Shown: positions 32,135 through 44,648 of the stretch, in pieces
How positions within the stretch are numbered: the stretch's first letter is position 1
Layout: each line of letters starts with the position of its first letter
Origin: Eledone cirrhosa
Lineage: Eukaryota
Assembly (NCBI GenBank): GCA_964016885.1
Contig: OZ024740.1
Span: 156,674,001 to 156,738,000, forward strand
Reading direction: 5' to 3'
Length of the DNA: 64,000 bases
Translations under genes and position numbers: made by a program
The notes under the pieces: generated by a model
The model's database searches: none
Told to the model about the DNA's origin: nothing
What the model saw: only the letters and a program-made list of their open reading frames with translations

Positions 32135-35010
32135 AATAATAATAATGCTTTCTTTATTAACCACAAGGGTTGATACAAAGTAAAAAATTAAGGACAGTAC
32201 AGGACAATACAGGACGGTACAGATGGGCATTTCTGCGTGTAAAAAAAAAAAAAAAACAAGATGTATAAAAAAAAGAAACAATGAAAAATTCCCAATAGCG
32301 GGGAGACTTCCGAGGGACATTCGTGGAGAAAGCCCATTAAAAAATACACGGTGATCCTGACCACCAGGGCAAGTGCCCTCTCCCGGTTTTCTACCTTTAA
32401 TTTACAGGCACATACTCAGAGCAGGCCCTTTCACTCGGGCCTTTCTTGCCTCTCTCACCCATCTTTCCACAAAATGCTGGAAAGAAAGCACTTCCCTCTT
32501 TACCCTGATTTTCCTTTTCAAATGAAATTTGAAAAAGTTAATCAGGGCATCACCGAAGAGGTAAGTGCTCGTCTTCAGCCCTTTCAAACGCGTCCACCAT
32601 ACTATCTCTTTCGCCATGGCCACCAGACAGATAAAAACTGCCTGCCCTTCCCGGCTAAAGGAAGAGGGCGGGGCAATCCTCACGATGGACTCAGCTGATA
32701 GCCTGATCCGTCCTACACGCGACAGTAGGTGTTTGACATAAACCCACAAGTCAGCAATGCTCGGACACTGGACGAGTGCGTGCAGGAGGGTTTCGTAGCC
32801 CTGCGCGCATCTCGGACATGCCCGGCTGACGGCACTTCCATGTCTGTAGAGTTTATCCCGAACTGGCAAAGCTCCTCCGTAGCAATGCCTGGTCAGGGAT
32901 TTCTGGAAGTTGTCCACGGGCCCCGGCCCGAAAGTTCTTCCGAAGAGATTGGCTACTTGATTTTCGTCGACGCCCAGAGTCTCCCGACGTACGTCGTCGC
33001 TCTTCCCCTCCACTAATACTCTATAGAACGCCAAGGTGGAGTTTCCACCGATCGCATTGCCCGATTGGTCGAGGGCTGTGTCCGCGCCTGAAGACATTCT
33101 AGTCTCCAAGCGCTCCCTCTCGGTCTTCGCTTGAACCAGGACTGCAGCTCCGTCAAGGAGACGAGCTGGGGAAACACGCGGCTACCAAACGGCAACCTCA
33201 CCTGCTCACCGTCGAGGAAGAGGTGGAGATGTCGTAGTCTGAGCGCGTGTCTGCGCATCATAAGCCACGGCATGCCCATCCCTCCACGTAACTGGTGTTG
33301 ACAGCATAACCACCTGAGCATCGGAGCGAGTCACTTCCAAAAAAGCGAAAGAGCAAACACTCCAGCGCAGGCAGGCGAGGCTTAGGACAAGGCACGACGG
33401 TCAGGCGGTAGTAGAGGACGGACGCGATGTACGCATTCGCCACCTCCGCTCGACCTTTCAGGGATAGCTTCCTCTCAGCCCATTTCTGGGTGAGAGAAGC
33501 CACCGTGCTCTTCACCTCGTCCCAGTTTTTGTCCGCCTGGAGGTCCGGACCGAACCAGACCTCTAGCAATTTAACCGGTCCGTACGTCCAGCGCCCGACG
33601 ACGCTGTTGGACAACATGGACCTGGCTCTCCAGGTGCCGAGCTGCAGGCCCACTGACTTTTCCTCGTTGATCATTGCTCCTGTCACCGCTTCGTATTCTC
33701 TTAGTGTAGTGCCGATCGCTTCGATGTGTTTGGCGTTCGACACCACTACGGTGATATCGTCCGCATATGCTGACACGGAACTTCCGCATCCTAGTTCGCG
33801 CGGGATCCACCCCTCTCAACGTCTCCAGTTTGTGCAGTAATGGCTCGAGAGTCAATACGTACAAGAGGGACGAGAAGGGACGTCCTTGGCGGACCGAGCG
33901 CATGATGGTGAACGGTTCTGAAAGGTGACCGTTCACTCTCACCACAGAGCAGATGTCGCTGTGCATGGCAGCGCTCAAGCCTCTGAAGACGGGCCCAAAG
34001 CCAGCCGCCCTCAGGACTGCCGCTAGGTAGCGATGGTCGACCCGAAAGCTTTCGACTGATCTAAATTGATCAAGGACCCACCTGTGCCAGGTTCCATAGC
34101 TACCCTCTCTACGATGTATCGCATAAGGTGGAGGTTGTCGTGGATGGATCTGTCGGGAATGGCGCATGTCTGCGCCTCTCCCACCAGACCATCTACGACA
34201 AGCACCAACTTCTTTGCTAGCACCTTGGCCAAAATCTTGAAATCTGTGTTTAGCAGAGTTATGGGCCTTAAATTATCTATGTTATCCCCCTTGTTCGGAT
34301 CCTTTGTCACACAGCTGGGAATTCTCCCGTTCTCTTGCCAGTTGCAGTAGACGTCCGCCAAGAGGTCTCCGAACAAGTCTGGCATGTGTACGTAAAGCTC
34401 GTAGGGCAGACCATCCAAACTAGGCGATTTACCCCTTGTGCAGCCAGTCATTGTCTACCGTACTTCATCGGCTGTTATCGGCTTTTCGCAACACTCCGCC
34501 TCAGTGGCCGAGAGCCGCGGCAGTCCGTCGAGGTAGGCACTAAAATCCATCCCGCCATCAGACCCACCACTGCCTCCAAACAGCTGAGCGAAGTGTCGCT
34601 GCAAAGCTTCACACATTTTCCTGGGATCGAGTAGCATGCGCCCGTCGTGGTCCACCAAAGACCGGATCGTGGTTTTGTTGCCACGACGCGCCTCTGCCAC
34701 TCGGGCCCATTGAACGGCTTTCGTCCCCTCGTGTCTGAGAGCACGCACGCTATCTTTGACAACGCAGCCTTCGTGCTTTGTATTGAAGAATTGGTTGAGG
34801 GCCAATTTCGCCGCAAGCACGTCGGTAGCGATGCCTTTACTAAGCGCCTCGTCTAATTTTCTAACTAGTTCCCCTCCGCTCTATTTATCTCTATTGCTAA
34901 TGCCTTACTAAACCTAATGGACTCTATTCTAATCGCTCTTTTCAGAGCAAACCACTATTTGTTGTTGACGATGGCCCCGTCAACGCCCGCTTAATTAGTT
35001 CGCTAATCCG
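32135..35010 (-). mobile_element. L1/Tx1-like LINE, 5'-truncated ORF2 (RT + zf-RVT), frameshifted
   Basis: Motifs GKSPSLDGLP, NLRPITLLNTDFKILAK, LINLDQSKAF, SVRQG, SAYADDITV and ALPVRDKL..CPRC..ETLLHALVQC. The 3' end has AATAAA + (ATT)n. Confidence 0.95.
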
Positions 35011-35498
35011 GTCTGTGGAGAGGAGGAGTGGGGTACAAACTCTTCGTACTCCTAGAGATGAGGGTTGCACATTTTTTTCGGGGGTATGTGATACCCATAT
35101 GTAATGTCTCCCCCTATTGGGGAACATCGATTAACTTTTAAATTGTATTTGTGATAGTATTTTACACGTTTTTATTGTATCTAAACTTCTCCCTTTGTAT
35201 TTGTCCCCTTCTTTTGTGCCCCTGTGGCTAATAAAGAAACATATCAATTATTCCAAACTTTGGGGAGAAGGGAAAGTCGTTTAAATCGACCACAGTGAGT
35301 TACAGGTATTTTATTTTATCAAGACCTTAAGGATGAAAGGCAAAGTTAACCTCGGCTGGAGTTTCGCATGTTTATCAGGTGGAATTCCAGATTAACAAGA
35401 GTCAATATTTAGCCTTGTTAAATATTAAAACTTTACATCGGTATTGAGTACTCATTTTTCTCAACCGTCAACCATATACGGATACACACACACACACG

Positions 35499-35607
<109 letters not shown>

Positions 35608-35728
35608 TGTATATATATATATTGGAAAATGTGTGGGATCCTTGGTACAGTTAGGTATATTTGATAAAAAGGAAAAGAATGACTTCACTTGTAGTGTTAA
35701 AAAATGTTCTATTTAATTTTTTAATATA

Positions 35729-36535
35729 ACTAGCACCACTACCCAGCGTTGCCTGGGTAGGTAAAATAATATCTGCTTTGATGAAAAGGTGTTGATCTTA
35801 GCGACTGCTTCTCGATGACTCATCTATGGCCACACACAGGCCTTGCGGGGGAGGATGATGATGACCTCTATCACTGAGAAACGCGGGTGACTAACGAAGG
35901 GACATGCTGGGGGAGGGAGTTTCGAATTTGAACGAAATCGGTTGAAAAATGTGGGAGCTAGAGCCGAATAGGCGGAAATTTGAGCGAAAAGGTGGTATTT
36001 TCGAATATTTAAGCGGCTGCCACGCCGTTCTAGAACAAAAAATCCAAAATGTAAAGCCACTTTAATACGTGATCAGATCTAGCGTAGTGTAATATTTGAA
36101 CAAAGTAGGTTGATTAATGTGGGAGTTAGAGCCGAAAAATGTTAGTCTAAAAGTGATATTTTTGAATATTAAAGCGGCTGCCACGCCGTCCCTGAGCAAC
36201 AAATGCAAAATATAAAGCGATTACAGTATGTGCAATGATAAATTCTATTTTCCTTTAAAATTTGAACGAAATCGGTGGCAAAATGTGGGAGCTAGAGTAA
36301 AAAATCTTATTTTTCGATACCTAAAAAAAGATTAAACCCCCCCCCCCGTCCCTATCGGTTTTTATCTGCAGAATGACCCCGGAATAAAAAATAACGATAC
36401 GCTGATATATAGAAAACACTCCCCGACGACTAATCTATGAGCCTGTAAAGTTTCATGAAAATTGGTCGTAAGATGTAGGCTCCTGTCGGTAATACACAGA
36501 CACACACACATACTTAATTTTATATATATACAGAT
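35729..36535 (+). mobile_element. Helitron/Helentron-like non-autonomous element
   Basis: Starts actagc..acccagcgttgcctgggt (hairpin) and ends acacagacacac..tttatatatatacagat. Internal repeated units aatttgaacgaaatcgg..aatgtgggagctagag. Confidence 0.65.
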
Positions 36536-36669
36536 ATTATATTCTTGTCTCTGCCTTTTCAGCCCCATGGATTATATTCCTTTGTTAAATTTCAATACCT
36601 GATGATGTCATAGTATAATAAACCTTAAAGGAATTACACCAGTCCAGCCTCCTGTTATTTTATAATATA

Positions 36670-36726
<57 letters not shown>

Positions 36727-36733
<7 letters not shown>

Positions 36734-37048
36734 GTATACATCGCTATTTCAGATCACCAATAGTAATACCTAATTTTTGCTGGACCGGCAATCGCTCTGT
36801 TTAATCAGCTTCTAAATATTACTGGAATTCTATAAGAATCAAGCTTTTATAATTTTCGGCAAAGGCAGGGGAGTGTGTGGTCTTGATAAACGCCAACAAG
36901 CAAGAAACAGACTGTCGATCACTCTCCCTTTGTTTTTTTTGCCGAAAATAAGTAAATGACATAGTCACTACTTTAAAACTCATAGGGAATGGTCTTCTAA
37001 ATGTTTTTAATTAAACATACAGTATGTTGCCAAATATACTGTACATTC
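36727..37048 (+). mobile_element. ~320-bp ORF-less HHR-carrying element (retrozyme/PLE-pLTR-like), degenerate HHR at 36877-36922
   Basis: Reverse-complement homolog of 39041-39324. Central motif gtggtc-tTGATaA..GAAA-cagactg-TC-gatcac lies inside a long stem (ttttcggcaaagg..ggagtg / cactctcc..ttgccgaaaa). Confidence 0.65.
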
Positions 37049-37229
37049 GTGTATATTGCTATTTCAAAGCACTATGTACCGATTGTGTTGTTATTTCTGA
37101 CCCTCTCCTGCTATTTCAAGCGTTAACCTAATATATCCCTTCCATATACTGTACCGATTGTGTTGTATTTATGTTTACCTTTTACATATATATATATATA
37201 TATTTTAAAGTTTGTGATGTTTGATGTAA

Positions 37230-37830
37230 GCTTTTTCTTGGGTGGCTTCACCTGTTTTTGCCATTCCCTGAATGGTATAGGGCAAATCAATCCTAGTGTT
37301 GTTTAGGTCGTTTAACACGAAGAATATGCATGTAACAGATGATAACAAAAGAGTTCAGCATATTTGCCATGTATTTGGTTACTGTCGATGACCCAGTCCC
37401 ATAAAACAATATAGACATGATGAGGGAGTCAAAAAGTTGTAGTTTTAGATTTAGTGTAATACAAAGAATATTACACTACATTGTTTGAAATCATCAAACG
37501 ATGAACTGATTCTGGAGCCAATATATTTAAATCTTCAACGGATTCAATGATATGGCCATAAAGCATTTGAATGTCATTTAATTAGGTTTTAAGGCCTAGA
37601 AATTTCATTTTGTTATAGTTGATGTTAAGTCTAAATCACTGCGCCTTCTTTTCTTTTCTATAAAGAATTTGGATAGCTACTTCTATGATGGAGTCCAATT
37701 GAGCAATACCAAATGCAAAATCCAAATCTGTGAGCGTGCAATCTATATGTGTCTGCTGACCGTACGCTGCGTTTTCCAAGATGTAATTCAGTACAATGAT
37801 GAAAAGACGAAGAGCCAATGTGTCTAATTT
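37230..37830 (-). mobile_element. Decayed RTE-like LINE RT fragment
   Basis: DTLALRLFIIVLNYIL...LTDLDFA(DD)IAQL...LNINYNK...ESVEDFKYIGSRI. Confidence 0.7.
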
Positions 37831-38209
37831 CACTTCTTTGTCAAGTTTGAGACAGCTTTCAATACCGTCGTAGATACGTCATGTCGTTTCTAGGATTTTA
37901 TTTGGTTCTCCAAGATAATGAAATATGGCCGACATCTCAATTCTGTTTATCGCACGCTAGTCCTTCACTTGAAAATAGAAGTTGAGAAAAGTAAGGATTT
38001 ATGAGAAAGCAAAAACAAAAAAACAACAACAACAAAAGACAAAAGAGAGGACAGACGAACTTATACACCAGTTTGTTTTAAGACTAGATCCAGAACAATA
38101 TTGCATTCTATATCTCTCTCCGAAAATTCAAAACTTCAATTAAATGATCTTATTCTCCACGGCTTCTTGTTTTTTCGTTTCTATAACAAGGCGCCGAGAA
38201 ACTGGGAAA

Positions 38210-38298
<89 letters not shown>

Positions 38299-38647
38299 TT
38301 GTTTTAAGGCGAGAGCCACTCCTATATAGTATTTTCTATATTTTCCAAAAATATATATTGATCTTAACAGATTAATCACATTGCTTAGTTTTAGAATTTA
38401 ATCACACCTCCAGGGAGTGTGCCTAGTTGGATGGACAACCTTAGTTAACTGAATTTTTTTCTTTTTCGAATCAATATATTATATTTGTAAGATCCAACCG
38501 TATATTATGTTGTATTTCATATGTATAATTGCACCCAGAAGATATAATATTGATATTCTCTAACGCCGTCACAACACGATGTACCAATTTATGTCTCTCT
38601 CCCCTTATATCTGTCTCTGTCTCTCTTTCACTCTCTCTCTCCCTCCT

Positions 38648-38753
<106 letters not shown>

Positions 38754-39040
38754 GACCTGTTTGTATATTTGATGTTGTGGTATTAATATGGCCAAATGCA
38801 TTGGTCGCTTTATTCTTGGTGTCACACTTTATTAATTTTTTGTGTTTACTCTGGATTAAATTTTGTTAACTTTTCTATCGAGTGCTTTGTGACCGCCTCA
38901 AACAATTCGATTGGTATCTGTTATATTGCGGCTACAACTTCTATTTATACCCATGTACATGTACGTCAATACACATCAGGCTAAAATTTCTTTAGTCAAA
39001 AGTACGGCGAAAGCTTCTATTTCTCTCTCTATATATATAT

Positions 39041-39375
39041 GAATGCATGTATAGTATATTTGGCAATATACCGTATGTTCCATTAAAAACATTTAGAAGA
39101 CCATACGCTATCAGTTTTAAAGTAGTGACTATGTCACTTACTTATTTTCGCCGAAAGAAGGGAGAGAGACTGACAGTCTGTTTCACGCTGCATCCACCGA
39201 AAATTATAGAAGCTGGATTCTTATAGAATTCCAGTAATAATCAGGAGCTGATTACACAGAGCGATTGCCGGTCCAGCAAAAATTAGGAATTTGTATTGGT
39301 GCTCTGAATTAGCGATGTATACATGAATGTATGTATAGTATATTTGGCAATATACCGTATGTTTACTTAAAAACA
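39041..39375 (-). mobile_element. Same HHR-element family: monomer plus start of a second tandem unit
   Basis: gaatg(c/t)atgtatagtatatttggcaatataccgtatgtt occurs at both 39041 and 39325 (period 284). Confidence 0.7.
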
Positions 39376-39503
39376 TATATATATATAGACATAGAATATT
39401 CGAAAATATTCTGTATGTTTATAATAAACATTTTGAAGACCTAATCGCTATAGAATAGAATACGTCACGTATTACAATTAGATTCTCGATAAAAGCAAGG
39501 GAA

Positions 39504-39546
39504 GTAACCTACGCGTTTCATTCTTATTAGAAATCTTCAGGATTAC
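39504..39546 (-). ncRNA. Minimal type-I hammerhead ribozyme
   Basis: Minus strand: GUAAUC-CUGAAGA-U-UUCU(AAUA)AGAA-U-GAAA-CGCG-UA^-GGUUAC. Stem I is 6 bp and is extended by the flanking ttctcgataaaagca/tgcttttatcgagaa pair. Palindromic stem III ACGCGU; GUA cleavage site. Confidence 0.85.
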
Positions 39547-40081
39547 ATATCCAGTGCTTTTATCGAGAATGACACGGCTAGAGACTTATAGAATACTTAG
39601 CTGTGTACAGGAACTGGTTTGAAAGAGCGGTTGCCGGTCCGGCAGAAATTAGAAATTGGATTAAATGCTCTGAAATAGCGATATATATGTGAAGATATGT
39701 GAAATAGCGATTAGGTCTTCAAAATGTTTATTATAAACATACAGAATATTTTCGAATATTCTATGTCTATCTTCACATATATATCGCTATTTCAGAGCAT
39801 TTAATCCAATATATATATATATATATATATGTTGATAACTCTTAGCCTTGCCAACTGTATGTAATATGCTTCACCAAAGGAGAACTAGATGGACTTCAAT
39901 TTGTATTTAGATTGTTTTCCAAAATTTCAATTAAATGGTCATACTTTTGTTGAGATATTTCCCACATTATTGGGACCTAATGTTACGAATTCTACCACTG
40001 CTATGGAGTATCTCTGCTATATGTATATATGTATATATATATATATATATGTATATGCTACATGCTATATGTATATATGTA

Positions 40082-40178
<97 letters not shown>

Positions 40179-40282
40179 AAAGATTCAAGGGTCCTGATCT
40201 TTTCCTATTACCCACTCTACTACTCAGTATCGAGTTCTTTTGTGCGTTATGGTCCACCTGGTTACTTACCACACTTCCTTCG

Positions 40283-40389
<107 letters not shown>

Positions 40390-40687
40390 AATATATGTTC
40401 TTTAATATTCTACACAACTAAGATTGGTCTTATAAGCCTCATCGTTTTAATATGGATATCTCATCGCAGCAAAGTGAAATTTGTTTTTGTTGGAATGTGG
40501 TATCTCATTACATGTCGTTGACTAGTCAAAAACTAGAGTCAGCTACATAATGTTGAACTATGAAACAAATAAAACAACATTAGTAGTTAATTAATCCATT
40601 GTTTTACGATCGTTTCAAGGGGCACCGGAAAAACTTATCGATGTACTGACTAACCGATAGCATTTATGCAGCTCTATAGTATGAGAA

Positions 40688-40742
<55 letters not shown>

Positions 40743-41399
40743 TTGTGTGTGTGTGTGTGTAATCATCTTTCTGCTTCTATATACAACATTTTCTCTCTAC
40801 ATTTTGGCGCGATCTCTATCGTCTAGCCGCTCCTGGGTGTAGGTTTGACTTTTAAGAGATGCAATGCTTGATACTTGATCCGAGTGATCGATGCACTGCC
40901 TCACACTCATTCATGAAGTTTTGAATGCGTTGAGTCTGTTCTCTGCCTTCGTAATGACTCACGGTTTGCTAAAAAAAAAAACATTAGCACATGTATAGTT
41001 AAATGACACAACCATCATTCTACCAGATATATTTTCGCTTCAACAGCCCTTCATCAGTTTCCAGATAGCACAGTATACTAGAATTCTTCTCTTCATTCGT
41101 CGACCTTCATTCTTGATTTCCTCAAATTAAGTGTAAAGAACATAATCCGCCGAGATCTAATCCGATTTATAACAATCGTATTTGTAGTCCATTGGTTTGG
41201 CTGACTTAGTGTTGAGTATATCTCTGAACAGAAACCACGGTTACATTTCTATTATCCTTCAACCTTTTCTGCCGTAATAGCGGATTAAAAAGCGAGCTTT
41301 ATTATTTATGGCTTGTTTTCTTTTTTCGACAGACGGAGGATTGAATATGACTGGTATGTTGTCTATAGCAGAACAGCATTATTGTTTGTAACAACTACG

Positions 41400-42460
41400 C
41401 AGTAGAGCAGATCACCGAACTACTCCAAGAAACTGTCTCCAATTGATCAGACTGGATCCCTAAGCGAGACCAGCCGATCTCATGGATGTTATCTAACCAT
41501 CTTGGGGCCTATCCCTGGGTCTCTTGCCAGTTGTTTTTTCCGTAAAATCTGTTCAGCGACTCTTTCCTTATATATTCTAACCGTAATATCGGAGCTGTAA
41601 TCTCTCAAGTCCGAGAGGTAGCAGTTCTATCCAGAGCGATTCTCTGATCTCTGAACTCTACATTCTATTGAATAACGTTACTCCAAAGACCATTCTAAGG
41701 AACTCCATTTCAGCCGTTTGTATTCGCGATCGTATACTTATGGTCGTTACCCAAGATTCATGATCATACGTATTTATTTGTTTAACCTCCAAGTCCTCCC
41801 ATGTCTTAATTTTGGACGCCCTTACTGTCTCTGCTACGACTTCTCCCACTTGTTTGTATGGCAAGTGAAAGGAGTGGTTATTTCCAAGCCAAGCTTTGTA
41901 AGTTTCCTTCTTTACTTGGATGACATCTTTGACCTCTTGATTGAACATAGTCCTCCTCCTGCCACCCGGCGTCACTCCTAGCTGCTCTCGTTCGCAGCAT
42001 TTGATAGCTGAAGCAGAAACTGCTGAGCTAAATAGTCTCCACTCCGTCACAACACCCTCAGTTTGCCAACGGTGTTCTCTGAATTTGGATACAATAGTAT
42101 TCACATACCTGGTACTGACTTCCTTATCATTTAAGTCAAGCTGGACCTGCCAGTTTTGTGAACTTTCTTGGCTGTAGGTAGTCTTAGGTTGCATGTAACT
42201 AGATGGTGATTAGATGACAGTCTAGCTCTAATTATACCATGTGTATTTATGAATGTTTTTATGTTGGAAGAAAGTGTTCATAACAGAGAGCCCATTACTG
42301 CAACAGAAGTCTAAGGCCACTCCATTCATATTTAGATTGGAATCACCGTTCCTTGCAATCACTCCTTTCTAAGTCAGGTGGTCAGTGCAACATGTGCATT
42401 GATGTCTCCTATTAAGATATATGACTAACTGTCTTAACTACAGCTAATGCTTCAGTGACT
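41400..42460 (-). mobile_element. Internally deleted RTE LINE
   Basis: The 42200-42460 region has APE-endonuclease-like remnants. ORF 41658-42194 runs linker (..FNQEVKDVIQVKKETYKAWL) directly into the C-terminus (YDHESWV...RIQTAEMEFLRMVFGVT) with the RT core missing. The 3' end matches 4090-4470. Confidence 0.75.
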
Positions 42461-42933
42461 TCTCACACACAGACACACACAGAGATACACACATATATAT
42501 ATATATATATACACATAATAAAATATTTTATCTGCACATGAAGTGTATTTTCTTGTTAGCACAAACATTAATGTATATCATATTCATCTTGTAATTGAAT
42601 TTGAAACACGTCTAATGAGGCAATTTTCAAGTTTACATCATTTATGTTAAGATTGCTATTTCAAGCGTTAACCTAATATATTCCTTCCATATACTGTACC
42701 GATTGTGTTGTTATTTCTGTTTACCTTTTACTTATATATATATATATATATGTGTGTGTGTTTGTGTGCGTGTGTGTGTGGTGTGTGGGATGTGTGTGAG
42801 CGTGTGGTGTGGTGTGTGTGAGTGTGTGTGTAGTGTGTCTGTCTGCATGTGTGTGTGCGCGTGTGTGTGTGTCTGCATGTGTGTATGTGTGTGTATGTGT
42901 GTGTGTGCTGTACTGTGGTGTGAGCGTGTGTGG

Positions 42934-43009
<76 letters not shown>

Positions 43010-43205
43010 GGCTGACTGAATACACGTGTTTTTTTTCTCAAAAACTTTTCTCCGTTCCTTCTTCTCACTCTCTACCTAATCTTTTTCCGATTCTATTTTC
43101 TGATAGACTAGTGTCCGAAACGTAAAAATTCTTTTCCTGTTATACCAACCGTTAAACTAATATATTTCTTTTTTCTACTGTGTTATTTGCTTTGATTCCG
43201 TTTAC

Positions 43206-43304
<99 letters not shown>

Positions 43305-43317
43305 GTGTATGTGTATA

Positions 43318-43449
43318 CATTTCATTTCAAATTATGAAGGGATAGATAAAAGGAAGCCAAACGCCACCTTCATTTATAAGCTAGAGTTCAAAATGAAGGT
43401 GGCATTTGGTTTTCGTTTATCTATTGCCTCATAATTTGAAATGAGATGT
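43318..43449. repeat. Imperfect palindrome (~57-bp arms)
   Basis: catttcatttcaaattatgaagggatagataaaaggaagccaaacgccaccttcattt pairs with aaatgaaggtggcatttggttttcgtttatctattgcctcataatttgaaatgagatg. Confidence 0.85.
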
Positions 43450-43602
43450 TTTTAGTTTACAGTTAGTAACAGATTCATCCATGATAATGTTAACATATGT
43501 GTAGTTTTAATTTCTATAAATACTGTTGTCAGAAAGCATACGCCTATGCTTGGCGCTGATGGTTTTATATATATATATATATATATATTTATATGTATAT
43601 AT

Positions 43603-43647
<45 letters not shown>

Positions 43648-43995
43648 TATATATATAGGAAGATGTTTGACCCCGATGGCAGAGCTCAAGCCGTTTTGTC
43701 GGCTATTTCTGGACAAATTTAGACGGGAACAAAACAGAGAGGCAGCCAAATAAATGTTTATTAGGTTCACGCTCTTGAGAGTGGGGGTGGGGGGGGGGGG
43801 ATGTTTCGGGCATAATCCTTTCTTCAGGATAAATAGCTTAGGAAGAGATATATATATGTATATTTATAAAGAAAATATTTTTATTTAAATGAAAAAAAAA
43901 CGAGATGTCCTACACGAGTGAAAGGATAAGGAAACATGATGCAACTGGAGTCCTTTTAAGACTCCAGTTGCATTTTCGATTTCATCCCTTTTCCT

Positions 43996-44039
<44 letters not shown>

Positions 44040-44040
<1 letters not shown>

Positions 44041-44648
44041 CAGGTCACCAGTTGGTGCTACTGGTAACATGTATCCCAGTACAACCTGTCTCATGGTCGG
44101 GTCGTTGGCGACTAAACTGGCAACCCCACCAAGGTTTCTTGGTGAGGAGGGTGACTTTGGACATCCTGCAGGACTAAAAACAAAACCTGTCAAAGGGCAA
44201 AGGAGCTCTTAAGAGTCAATGGCCTTCCAAAATCACCGGGAGAGATGACCCCTTAGCCTTTGTCAAGGCAGAATTCTAGGAGAAGGAAAACTCTGATATA
44301 ACACCTGCAACCCTGATGGTATCCAATGATGTTGACTTGTTCTTCTTTTTGGTATATATCATCTTGGTTAAGAGAGTGGGACTGGCTTTGTGCAATGCCT
44401 TTGCTCACTATAAAAGCTTCACGGCACAGGCATTGCTTTATATCTGGAGATCTCTCTGCACTTGTCATCACATGGTACCATGGGCCCAGCACTGTGTGTC
44501 AATAATTGTCACAGGTGTAGTGTTTGTACCAGAGTTTTCAAGTCGCTGGCTGGACTCAAAAGTCACACTCGTTCAGCGCATCGGTAGGGGTTCTCCTACA
44601 TGGATATAAAGTAGTGGCCGTACTCGAAAACGAGTTGGCAGCCACCAT
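44040..44648 (+). mobile_element. Non-autonomous element with RTE-like 5' UTR
   Basis: Contains ctaggagaaggaaaactctga..acc, which resembles RTE 5' UTRs. Close copy at 50945-51346; diverged copies at 55045-55420 and 51575-51700. Confidence 0.6.

Noticed and set aside
36590-36650. CTGATGA near (AT)n (also 12860(-), 27414, 57040(-), 60631)
   Set aside because: No downstream GAAA-stem III-NUH in a compatible position.
41020-41065. CTGATGA-agggctgttgaagc-GAAA on the minus strand
   Set aside because: Stem II is only 3 bp and I found no stem I pairing.
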